A stretch of DNA of 40,036 nucleotides, from the IMG/VR virus record IMGVR_UViG_3300032233_000872, positions 1 through 40,036 of that record. One strand, written 5' to 3'. Source of the DNA: a virus (Duplodnaviria > Caudoviricetes). Below, piece by piece: positions 1 through 7,587 of this stretch. Below the pieces are notes generated by a model that did not search any database, had not been told where the DNA came from, and saw nothing but the letters and a program-made list of their open reading frames with translations. Numbering within the stretch: the stretch's first letter is position 1; each line of letters starts with the position of its first letter. The position numbers were made by a program, and so were the translations under genes.

Positions 1-123
1 CTGTAGCCCATGTGTTCACATATGACTGACGCATACATCATGTCTTTCGGTAGATCTACAAGAACAGGAGTTTTACCTTTCAGCACTACATCGCACAAAC
101 AATCAAGGTCGTGGTCTTTATGA
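1..123. repeat. Direct terminal repeat, left copy (circular assembly overlap)
   Basis: 1-123 (ctgtagccca...gtctttatga) is identical to 39914-40036. Confidence 0.97.
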
Positions 124-178
124 CCACAACCCGGTTTGTTCAACATCCACATTGCCTTTGGATGTAGTGCCACTCCTA

Positions 179-204
179 GGCGTGATCCCATGAGGGATCT
201 CGCC
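179..204. other. Small hairpin upstream of the replication operon
   Basis: GGCG-t-GATCCC-atga-GGGATC-t-CGCC inverted repeat; no clear U-tract on the minus strand. Confidence 0.45.
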
Positions 205-268
205 GTTTCAGGGTTTCTCTTTCTACCCCCACCCCCTGTAGTCCCCCTCCCCCGTGACGACACAGGGG

Positions 269-299
269 AGTCTAGACCATAGGTTGTTTCATCTGTCAA
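269..299 (-). promoter_or_regulatory. Possible housekeeping-sigma promoter for the replication operon
   Basis: Minus strand TTGACA (299-294), 19-nt spacer, TAGACT (274-269); intergenic and pointing into the origin-spanning ORF; spacer is long. Confidence 0.45.
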
Positions 300-309
300 C
301 GGTTCTTTT

Positions 310-465
310 TTACTCCCGCTCAAATGCCCTCATTTCTGTAGGTGGGTGCTTACCGCTGTTAGAGCATTTGGGAGGCTCAGAGAGCCGTACAAAGGTCGTG
401 ACAGCCTTCTTGCACTTGGAGCATACCCATAGGGTTGCGTTCTTTATGGTCGGAGGTCTACCCAC
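310..465 (-). CDS. Small putative zinc-finger protein, 51 aa (not in ORF track)
   Basis: GTG start, MGRPPTIKNATLWVCSKCKKAVTTFVRLSEPPKCSNSGKHPPTEMRAFERE; CxxC...C-x5-H; overlaps the stop of the upstream gene. Confidence 0.65.
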   Translation of the reverse strand: MGRPPTIKNATLWVCSKCKKAVTTFVRLSEPPKCSNSGKHPPTEMRAFERE

Positions 466-988
466 GGTCAGTCCCGAAGAACTCGTCACACAAATCTAGG
501 TACTCCGTTGTCAACTGTTCCATCCTCGGAAAAATGTAATGAATATCCTGAATAGCATCAGCCAACTTTTCGGCAATCTCCCTCCACTTGTTGCGCTCCG
601 CTGTGAGCGCCCTCATAGTGGCAGACTGCATAGCAATAACATCCATTTCTGTCTCCTTCTTTTGATTTTCAATTATCTCTTTCTTCATGTGTAAAGTTTT
701 CTCCCACGGTTCAGGTGGGGTGATGGTGCTTTTTCCCTGATACCCACTTTGCGCCCAATGAGGCTTGATATCTTCATTAACAGGGATGGTGCTGTGTACT
801 CCTTTCTGGCTAGTGACAGGCATGTGAACCTCTGCAAGAGCGAGAACATTCTTGGGGTCATTACCCAACAATGCTTCGTACAAAATGTCCTGAGCCTGAG
901 CACCATAGTCAGCCTTAATGAACGTTGTTACTGTTGCGGTTACTGTATAAAACATTTTTCTCCTTAGTTTGTTTTCCATTGTAGCCAC
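458..988 (-). CDS. Hypothetical protein with C-terminal coiled coil
   Basis: 176-aa ORF packed in the minus-strand operon; exact start uncertain. Confidence 0.7.
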   Translation of the reverse strand: MATMENKLRRKMFYTVTATVTTFIKADYGAQAQDILYEALLGNDPKNVLALAEVHMPVTSQKGVHSTIPVNEDIKPHWAQSGYQGKSTITPPEPWEKTLHMKKEIIENQKKETEMDVIAMQSATMRALTAERNKWREIAEKLADAIQDIHYIFPRMEQLTTEYLDLCDEFFGTDRG

Positions 989-1392
989 GGATCGTCGTGG
1001 CGGTCTTGTGAATATTCATATAACTCGTATGCAGCCTCAAGATTATTTCTAGGGTTCAACAACTCGGTTGACTTAGAAACAATCTTCTTGCTACGTAAAT
1101 ACGTAATCCAACTATAGTCATTGATCTGAGCCAAGCCCCAATCCCGTGACCAAGTAGAACCGTCACTACGACTGTTCTCATTGATCGCTTTGGGCATACA
1201 GCGTGACTCACGCCAAATGATCTTGTCCAATCTGACCCAATCCCTACGGGAGAAACCCACATCAAGTGCGAGCCTACGCCATTGCGGACAGTTGTCTTTT
1301 GGTTTGTTTGCGTTAACGGTAGAAACAGAAATGGTTGGGACTGTTAGCCCAACCACCACTGCCATTGCAAGTTTGGATATACGTTTAGTCAT
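964..1392 (-). CDS. Secreted lytic transglycosylase (SLT/lysozyme-like fold)
   Basis: N-terminal signal/anchor helix; IIWRESRC (catalytic Glu-Ser), DWGLAQIN, LLNPRNNL, terminal PW; AGGAG RBS. Confidence 0.85.
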   Translation of the reverse strand: MTKRISKLAMAVVVGLTVPTISVSTVNANKPKDNCPQWRRLALDVGFSRRDWVRLDKIIWRESRCMPKAINENSRSDGSTWSRDWGLAQINDYSWITYLRSKKIVSKSTELLNPRNNLEAAYELYEYSQDRHDDPWLQWKTN

Positions 1393-1606
1393 TATTACTC
1401 CTTAGAACGGTTGTTAAGACACTTTGGCATTCGCCCAAAGCATTAGTGAGAGACTCGTACTCATCACATAGTTCGGCATAATGTTTTCCACCCCCTTTCG
1501 GAAATCGGGCTAACTTCTTGGCTAGTTGGTCAGTGCCAATCCCAAGGGATTTGACTACTGAACACAACTCGTCAACACTGAATTGAACTTCTACAATATT
1601 TTCCAT
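1385..1606 (-). CDS. Hypothetical helical protein, 73 aa
   Basis: Start moved to MENIVE (1606) because of the AGGAGA RBS. Confidence 0.7.
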   Translation of the reverse strand: MENIVEVQFSVDELCSVVKSLGIGTDQLAKKLARFPKGGGKHYAELCDEYESLTNALGECQSVLTTVLRSNND

Positions 1607-1613
1607 AATTCTC

Positions 1614-1871
1614 CTAAAACGGTTGGGTAAACAGGGATTCAAGCCTGTCGTAAATGTCTGCTGTCAATCCACTTTTCAGTGGATAGTCAAGTCTATAGAT
1701 CTCTTCCAGCAAATCCATCGCATAGCGCAGATCTAACGCAAGATTTCCATACTCTTGATGCAGTTTGATGTTCTCTAACTGAGACTCCTTGAGCCAGTCC
1801 CGTAGTTTTTCTACGGAGACGTGGTGCAAGTTGATGGGTTCACCTTCATACGGCATGACTATTTGATCCAT
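1614..1871 (-). CDS. Hypothetical coiled-coil protein
   Basis: Likely start MDQIVM at 1871; packed between neighbours. Confidence 0.65.
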   Translation of the reverse strand: MDQIVMPYEGEPINLHHVSVEKLRDWLKESQLENIKLHQEYGNLALDLRYAMDLLEEIYRLDYPLKSGLTADIYDRLESLFTQPF

Positions 1872-2107
1872 TCCGCAAATACACGCACCCACTCATCGGT
1901 ACGCAAACCAGTGATATTATCCCAAGGGTAAGCATCGGCATACAAGTATCCGTCACGGACATGGAAGTTGATATCCCATTCACCACGACCATGCCATGTT
2001 TCCCAATCCTCCCAATTCTCTTTAGGGTTCATCTCATGAATGATGCGTGTCGCATAACCATGTGCAAAACCTTCAACATCATCTGTCATTACTAGTTTCT
2101 TATTCAT
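1859..2107 (-). CDS. Hypothetical Trp/Asp-rich protein
   Basis: Start MNKKLV at 2107 with AAGGAGA RBS and ATGA overlap. Confidence 0.7.
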   Translation of the reverse strand: MNKKLVMTDDVEGFAHGYATRIIHEMNPKENWEDWETWHGRGEWDINFHVRDGYLYADAYPWDNITGLRTDEWVRVFAEWIK

Positions 2108-2322
2108 TCTTTCTCCTTTATGTTTTTTGTTATTGAACCTAACCCCAGCATTTCGATGGTAGAGAATGGCACATAGTGCCATGTCTCCCTCCACTTGATG
2201 CCTTCGTAATCAACTACAACCACTTGAAGATCCATGAGATTGACCCCTGTCTCTTCATAGTTTGTAACCGTTACAAGCCCCCTACGGGTGGCTATCTGCA
2301 TATTACACTTGATAGATATCAT
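2104..2322 (-). CDS. Hypothetical protein, 72 aa
   Basis: Start MISIKC at 2322 with GAGGAG RBS. Confidence 0.6.
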   Translation of the reverse strand: MISIKCNMQIATRRGLVTVTNYEETGVNLMDLQVVVVDYEGIKWRETWHYVPFSTIEMLGLGSITKNIKEKE

Positions 2323-3295
2323 ACTGCTCCTCATCACTGGTGTTAGAGAACTTGAACGAACCATAGTTCGGTGCTGTCGGAACAAACGTGTTGTTACACC
2401 ACTGAACCACCTCGTCCTCGGTCATCTTGCGGTAGAACGGCTCATAGTTCTGATCCTCATCATTATCCCAACAATGACAATCTTTCACCAACCAGCCACA
2501 CCACATGCATGAGCCACAAGTGTGACACTCGTGAACGTCCTCGTTCACAAGGTCATACACTTCGTTGGTGCCACAGAACGGACACTCAACCTCATACATG
2601 TCGCCATACCAATCCTCATCATCGTCCAACATGTATGTGTCACGTTCTATTGGTGTACGTGTAGTGTACGTGTTGCCAGTCCACGAACCATAACCATACG
2701 AAGAACTGTAGCCGTACGATGACTTAGCCGGTGCAGGTGTGTAACAGTACGAATAGTTACTCCACCACACGCCATCAGACCAGTGACCATCAGACTCGTT
2801 GAGAATATAGTACTCAGAGTTCGCATGACGGTCAGCAGTAAGCACAACCAACTTAGAACCCTTAGCCCAATTCTCTAAAGACTTACGGACAGTAAGATCA
2901 TCAAGAGCGTACACACCACCCAACGATGGCAGATACTCTGACGCAAAGATGTTCGTGTCACTACGATTGTCACCTACAGCGGGTTTGATGGGCAGAATGC
3001 CGTTGTGACCAACGACAGTTAGATCATCAGTACCTACCTTGAACGGATGACAATTCGTGGTGTCAGTAACACCATGAGTTGTTATACGTGAATGAAAGAT
3101 GGCATGACCCTTGACTCGTGAACGAACCTCAGTGAAGCGTTCTAACACTTCCTCAAAGTTCATACCCTTGCCAGTGACAATGGAATCGCCCATATGAACA
3201 GCGAAACCAAAACCATCATCATTGTACTTAGCACCGTTGCGTAGATCTTCCGAGTCCACATCAACGCCACTAGGAATAAAAGTTAATAAACACAT
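2303..3295 (-). CDS. Class II (Ntn) glutamine amidotransferase with Cys-rich C-terminal domain
   Basis: N-terminal MC nucleophile, NDDGFG, HSRITTHG, NCHPF, GHNGI, RSDT; C-terminal CPFC...CHTCGSCMWC...CHC. Confidence 0.9.
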   Translation of the reverse strand: MCLLTFIPSGVDVDSEDLRNGAKYNDDGFGFAVHMGDSIVTGKGMNFEEVLERFTEVRSRVKGHAIFHSRITTHGVTDTTNCHPFKVGTDDLTVVGHNGILPIKPAVGDNRSDTNIFASEYLPSLGGVYALDDLTVRKSLENWAKGSKLVVLTADRHANSEYYILNESDGHWSDGVWWSNYSYCYTPAPAKSSYGYSSSYGYGSWTGNTYTTRTPIERDTYMLDDDEDWYGDMYEVECPFCGTNEVYDLVNEDVHECHTCGSCMWCGWLVKDCHCWDNDEDQNYEPFYRKMTEDEVVQWCNNTFVPTAPNYGSFKFSNTSDEEQYDIYQV

Positions 3296-3312
3296 TCAGT
3301 ATACCTCTTTCC

Positions 3313-3337
3313 GATAATCCCGACGGTCGGGATTATC
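3313..3337. repeat. Palindromic element copy 1 (core only)
   Basis: GATAATCCCGAC-g-GTCGGGATTATC, 12-bp arms, 17 nt from the GATase start. Confidence 0.95.
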
Positions 3338-3368
3338 ATTTGTTTTTTGTTGAGTAATGCTATTGGTT

Positions 3369-4823
3369 CTAGTAAGAACTACGTGCATCAGAACGCTTGA
3401 TTAGTGACACAAGATTACTGTACTTAGGGTCATGTTCAACCCAATCAGCAAACACATTGAAGTCCATCTTGTGATGTTCTTTCATCTTGCTGACACGCCC
3501 TGCACTAGTGTACGCCCACAATGCATGAGTGAACTCTAGATAACCCAAAGCACGATTAGGATTCAACGCACCAGCGAAACAACGCAACTCAATAGTGTGT
3601 TGGTTACGACAATTCACAGCAACACTACGATCACCATACGAACGGTGACGTGCATAACCATAAATGTTGTCCAACTCATTCTCCGTAATAGTCCCATAGT
3701 GACTGTTACGTGAAGAGATGCGTGTCATTGCAGGCACGTTGTGATAGATGAACGACAAGAACCCGTAAAGATGCGGGCTAGAACTAGTACGTTCATGCAA
3801 ACGCTTAGTATAGAAAGCGTTGCGGTTGATATGGATATGGAAACCAACATCATGATTGTAACTAGGGTCATGATATTTGTATGAACGGAAACCATACTGG
3901 CTTAAAGCCTTGAATGGTTGCCAATCAAAATAGTTCTGATACATGTCAAGCGTATGAGGTTGTGTAACAATCTCAAAGCCATCACGCAATGAACCATCTT
4001 CCTTGAGGTATAGGTGCTCTTTGTCAATCATGTCCTGAAAGAAACTCGCACCATGATACAGATCGCACTTCTCTGATTCTGTTTCGCATTCAAAGCCCAT
4101 CATGGGTTCATGAACAAACTCTGAACGGTTGAAACGATGCTGACCACGAATCATCATTGCACGATCGTCTTCAGTACCAACAAAGAAGATGCGGTCATCA
4201 GCATCACGCATTGCACTGTAATTGAGAATGAGTCCACTATTGTCGTCACAACTGCATGGTCGGTCATCATCTTCATGATAAACCTCATCACACTGCTCAC
4301 AAGTTGCTATGCGATTCTCAAAGCAACTATGACAATAGTAATCGTCTCTACGATAACGGTTGTCAAACTGGTAGTAGTCACCATCACATATGTTGAGCAT
4401 TTCACCACACCCAGCACATTCTCTGGCATCTTCCTCACATGCCGTACACAATGTGATGTGTGTGTGTTCCCTGCTACTAAGACGCACAGGTTCCTCACAC
4501 CATTCACATTCATCAGCACAACTAGGACACACCGAAGTCATGAGATACTCTCTCTGCCCCTGCAAAACAGAGGTAACGACAATATTCTCAGGATCGTGCA
4601 CCCTAGGAACCAACCTAGTGTCGTAAGACCGTATGAAGTTCATCACCTCATGGTGTCTTGCGTCAGAGCAATCGGCACATTGAACCACAGCGTACTGTGG
4701 AAACAATGGACGATCACTGTAGTCAGTTGGCACTGTGTGCTGACTCAGGTACGTACGGTAAGAACCGTACCCGTGTTGCTCAATAATTCTGTCCCCGAGG
4801 GACATATGGGTTCCGTTAGGCAT
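3369..4823 (-). CDS. Putative amidoligase (COOH-NH2 ligase, glutamine-synthetase-like fold) with multi-CxxC N-terminus
   Basis: GFECETE, KEDGSL..GFEIVTQP, GFHIHIN, RSVAVN, TIELR motifs; seven CxxC pairs in the N-terminal half; start MPNGTH at 4823 with AAGGAG RBS. Confidence 0.88.
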   Translation of the reverse strand: MPNGTHMSLGDRIIEQHGYGSYRTYLSQHTVPTDYSDRPLFPQYAVVQCADCSDARHHEVMNFIRSYDTRLVPRVHDPENIVVTSVLQGQREYLMTSVCPSCADECEWCEEPVRLSSREHTHITLCTACEEDARECAGCGEMLNICDGDYYQFDNRYRRDDYYCHSCFENRIATCEQCDEVYHEDDDRPCSCDDNSGLILNYSAMRDADDRIFFVGTEDDRAMMIRGQHRFNRSEFVHEPMMGFECETESEKCDLYHGASFFQDMIDKEHLYLKEDGSLRDGFEIVTQPHTLDMYQNYFDWQPFKALSQYGFRSYKYHDPSYNHDVGFHIHINRNAFYTKRLHERTSSSPHLYGFLSFIYHNVPAMTRISSRNSHYGTITENELDNIYGYARHRSYGDRSVAVNCRNQHTIELRCFAGALNPNRALGYLEFTHALWAYTSAGRVSKMKEHHKMDFNVFADWVEHDPKYSNLVSLIKRSDARSSY

Positions 4824-4867
4824 TGTATTCTCCTTGTTTGTTTGTTTATATTTGTTTACCACTAGGT

Positions 4868-4933
4868 ATTAGTTAGTGGAGTTGAACACATAATCCCGAC
4901 AGTCGGGATTATGTGTTCTCACCATCAACCAAT
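4868..4933. repeat. Palindromic element copy 2 (extended hairpin)
   Basis: 17-bp perfect arms GAACACATAATCCCGAC-a-GTCGGGATTATGTGTTC (4884-4918) plus imperfect outer stem. Confidence 0.95.
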
Positions 4934-5260
4934 CAACTGAACTTTTCCAGTAAGTGTCCACCCTTTCCACGCTTCACTTCCATCAACCAATATTTTGTTT
5001 CCATTCTTGTATTGGAGGAAAAGAAACTTTTTACCCTTAGCCGTATCCTTGTCAAAACTATTTATAGCAGACAAATAATTCTTTTTTGTTTCACCAGAAC
5101 GATACACACCAATTTCTGTCATACCAATACCATTTGGTTCTGTTCTATACCACAACTCGCCATTAGATATGTAAAGCGTCTGAATAAACCAAGAAACTTC
5201 TTTAATTGGAGTTGAGTTAACAGAATGTATCATTCGCACTCTGTCGTTATAGTAATACAT
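4925..5260 (-). CDS. Hypothetical protein
   Basis: 111-aa ORF, TAATG coupling to the upstream gene. Confidence 0.7.
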   Translation of the reverse strand: MYYYNDRVRMIHSVNSTPIKEVSWFIQTLYISNGELWYRTEPNGIGMTEIGVYRSGETKKNYLSAINSFDKDTAKGKKFLFLQYKNGNKILVDGSEAWKGWTLTGKVQLIG

Positions 5261-5592
5261 TATTCAGTCTCACTATCTTCACTCGGTTCAGTAACAATCT
5301 CAAAGCCATCAAATAACGACAGATATGTTTCCGCCCTACCAATCGCCTTATGCAAAATTACTGCTTCAGTTTCCTTACCAAGCAAAAGGTTTATGATGGT
5401 TTCCTCACCATATTCGCTCATATCGTACCATTCGTTTAATGGGACTAACCTAACCCCAAAAAAACTTCTTGGACTATGAACTACTAAAGCAAGTTCTTTA
5501 GTGTGGTAACCATCAAACTTGTACTCAACAATAGAAAGCCAATGGCTTTTTCTGCTAAGACCAATAGTGATCCGATCGTGTTCAGCATTCAT
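5260..5592 (-). CDS. Hypothetical protein
   Basis: 110-aa ORF, tightly packed. Confidence 0.7.
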   Translation of the reverse strand: MNAEHDRITIGLSRKSHWLSIVEYKFDGYHTKELALVVHSPRSFFGVRLVPLNEWYDMSEYGEETIINLLLGKETEAVILHKAIGRAETYLSLFDGFEIVTEPSEDSETE

Positions 5593-5594
5593 TT

Positions 5595-5915
5595 CTATAT
5601 CTCCATTCCATAAGTGAGACGATTGAAGTCTCTAGTTGCCCAATAATGATCTTCAATAGCGTTATCCCATTCTTTATACATAATCACAGTCATACCGATT
5701 GCGCCAGTCTGCACTACAGCAGATATCACAACTGCACCGAGAGTTTGCGAACCCCAATATTCTTTAATCAAGAACTGATAGTTCACAAACGTAGTCATAG
5801 CCCACAAAATAAGCCACATAAAAAATACATAGCCACTCGTGTTCCGTTCAATCCTAGTGCGATTAACCTCGCTGTAGGCTTCACGAATATTTTGCAGATG
5901 TTGTTTCTTATCCAT
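5595..5915 (-). CDS. Two-TM membrane protein
   Basis: Start MDKKQH at 5915 with AAGGA RBS (the longer track ORF runs through the hairpin); two hydrophobic segments. Confidence 0.75.
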   Translation of the reverse strand: MDKKQHLQNIREAYSEVNRTRIERNTSGYVFFMWLILWAMTTFVNYQFLIKEYWGSQTLGAVVISAVVQTGAIGMTVIMYKEWDNAIEDHYWATRDFNRLTYGMEI

Positions 5916-5948
5916 TTCATTTTCCTTTTCTACTAAACACAATATCCG

Positions 5949-6012
5949 ATTGTGAATAGTGGTCGCCACATAATCCCGACAGTCGGGATTATGTGACAGC
6001 ACCATCAACAAT
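5949..6012. repeat. Palindromic element copy 3 (extended hairpin)
   Basis: 14-bp perfect arms CACATAATCCCGAC-a-GTCGGGATTATGTG (5967-5995); basal stem ATTGT/ACAAT. Confidence 0.95.
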
Positions 6013-6018
6013 TACTTA

Positions 6019-6405
6019 TTACGTATAGCGCACATCATAAGCAAACAAATAAGCAGTATGTTCATTAACTACTCCATTTACCTCAGTGCATACACTGATG
6101 GCAACATCGGTGTATTCATAACCACCAGCACGAACAGAAAGATAATTATCATCTTCCCCTGATGACGGATCCCAAAGAAACTCAATGTAATCGCAACCCC
6201 AGTTGATATCACTAGCGTATTTTTTTGCGAAGTCCAATGCTGAATGAAGATCAAAAAACAATCTACGAAAGTCTCTATGACCATACTCGCTGTCAGAAAC
6301 GTAAACAACATAAGCAGTTTTGTAACTATTGGCTGTTCTGTTAAACACGCAACAGTTACTAACCCACTCATCTGAGATCGCTTTAAGTTCTGATACCAAT
6401 TTCAT
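6019..6405 (-). CDS. Hypothetical protein
   Basis: 128-aa ORF lying between hairpin copies 4 and 3. Confidence 0.75.
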   Translation of the reverse strand: MKLVSELKAISDEWVSNCCVFNRTANSYKTAYVVYVSDSEYGHRDFRRLFFDLHSALDFAKKYASDINWGCDYIEFLWDPSSGEDDNYLSVRAGGYEYTDVAISVCTEVNGVVNEHTAYLFAYDVRYT

Positions 6406-6451
6406 ATCTTTATATCTCTCTCTCTATGTCTGTTTGTATTCCCTACCCGCA

Positions 6452-6514
6452 CTTACGAATAGTGGTGGGGACATAATCCCGAACTCGGGATTATGTCACC
6501 GCACCATCAGTAAG
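6452..6514. repeat. Palindromic element copy 4 (extended hairpin, variant centre)
   Basis: 13-bp arms GACATAATCCCGA-ac-TCGGGATTATGTC (6470-6497); basal stem CTTAC/GTAAG. Confidence 0.95.
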
Positions 6515-6519
6515 AACTA

Positions 6520-6756
6520 TTACGAATACCAATCCGTGATAGTTGTCCCGTCAATAATGGGCTTAATGATGCCGTTGCCAAAATTGCACAACTTCACACG
6601 AGCACCCAACGAGAACTCGTCGCAAAGATAATCACGCATGTAATCAGCCTTTGCAAGATACTCGCACTCACGAAACATGAAGCACTCACCGTCCCACATT
6701 TCAATCCACACTTGATTGCCCTGTAGGAACACTCCTGCTACATTTGTCTCACTCAT
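6520..6756 (-). CDS. Hypothetical protein, 78 aa
   Basis: Start MSETNV at 6756 after purine-rich GAAAGAGAGAA; between hairpin copies 5 and 4. Confidence 0.7.
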   Translation of the reverse strand: MSETNVAGVFLQGNQVWIEMWDGECFMFRECEYLAKADYMRDYLCDEFSLGARVKLCNFGNGIIKPIIDGTTITDWYS

Positions 6757-6814
6757 TATATTCTCTCTTTCTGCTTTAACTGCCACACTGTAGTGCGAAC
6801 AGTACCGCCACAAT

Positions 6815-6881
6815 AATTGTGAACAGTAGTGGTGCCATAATCCCGACGGTCGGGATTATGGCAACCGTACCGCTAACAATT
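6815..6881. repeat. Palindromic element copy 5 (extended hairpin)
   Basis: 15-bp arms TGCCATAATCCCGAC-g-GTCGGGATTATGGCA (6833-6863); basal stem AATTGT/ACAATT. Confidence 0.95.
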
Positions 6882-6885
6882 CTAA

Positions 6886-7299
6886 TTAAAGAATGTTCTG
6901 CAATGCCTTGATCAAAGCGAGACGCTCTGCCTTGGTGCACTTCGCATACTTTGATGCCTCATCAACCGCATTGAACTTCTTTGCTGTTGTTGTTTTCTTG
7001 CCACCAAGTTCACGCATCGTGAAGTACGATGCGTCGGATGCCTTAGCAAACTTGTTGTAGCAGTTGATCGCACTGCTGATCTTGTTCTGGATCGTCTTGA
7101 CGCTCTTGTCTGTTTTCTTTGCGATCTCTTTCGCAATGACGATCTTCACGCCTTGCTTGAGATCTTTTTCTGTTGCCTCCAACAACTCAACCAAACTCTT
7201 CCCAAACAACCACAAGTTCTCTTGTGACGTTCCGACTGAGTTCACGTAAGCGATTCCGCTTGCGATGGTCGTTGCTGTTGTTGCTGTGTTGCTTTTCAT
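6886..7299 (-). CDS. Lys/Ala-rich protein with possible HTH; first gene of the early operon
   Basis: 137 aa, AAAGGGG RBS; AKEIAKKTDKSVKTIQNKIS resembles a helix-turn-helix. Confidence 0.75.
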   Translation of the reverse strand: MKSNTATTATTIASGIAYVNSVGTSQENLWLFGKSLVELLEATEKDLKQGVKIVIAKEIAKKTDKSVKTIQNKISSAINCYNKFAKASDASYFTMRELGGKKTTTAKKFNAVDEASKYAKCTKAERLALIKALQNIL

Positions 7300-7325
7300 T
7301 TTTCTGTTCCCCTTTCAAGGGATAG

Positions 7326-7348
7326 ATAATCCCGACGGTCGGGATTAT
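7326..7348. repeat. Palindromic element copy 6 (core only)
   Basis: ATAATCCCGAC-g-GTCGGGATTAT, 11-bp arms, 26 nt from the 7299 start. Confidence 0.95.
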
Positions 7349-7587
7349 GGTTTGGATAGGCGACCACACACACACTGCATGGCTTATTGCACGCTTGTAT
7401 GCGCTGTCTCCCATATATAGTTATTGCTCGTATTGGCGCCTTTCGCTTGTTGCCCAATATGGGGAAGGGTTTGCGGTTTTGCGCTACAGCAGGCATGGGC
7501 GCATGGCCCCCCACCCGTACCCCAAATCAAAGGAGTCCCGACTCGTGCGTGTCTGAATTTATTTTCTTTTCTATTCTGGATAGGTAA

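Noticed and set aside
1-123. Biological direct terminal repeat (T7-like)
   Set aside because: It falls inside an open reading frame and its length fits an assembler overlap; reads are needed to exclude it fully
4137-4865. 242-aa plus-strand ORF and other antisense ORFs in the track (e.g. 10453-10851, 20068-20478, 25300-25707)
   Set aside because: They shadow well-supported genes on the other strand, lack RBS and show antisense-type composition
4868-6881. Canonical integron attC cassette array
   Set aside because: Size and position after stop codons resemble attC, but no tyrosine recombinase is present, the ends read GTT...AAC instead of RYYYAAC...GTTRRRY, and the conserved part is the apex, not the ends
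3313-7348. CRISPR array interpretation of the palindromic repeats
   Set aside because: Spacing is about 365-1580 bp and irregular, the intervals are whole genes, and there is no cas operon; the Cas4-like gene sits in a replication context
3313-7348. Simple intrinsic terminators as the explanation of the repeats
   Set aside because: No U-tract follows on the sense (minus) strand; only copy 1 has a T-rich tail, on the plus strand; terminators would not need an invariant core
7533-7544. GAGTCCCGACTC as a seventh repeat copy
   Set aside because: Shares only TCCCGAC; lacks ATAAT and the matching second arm
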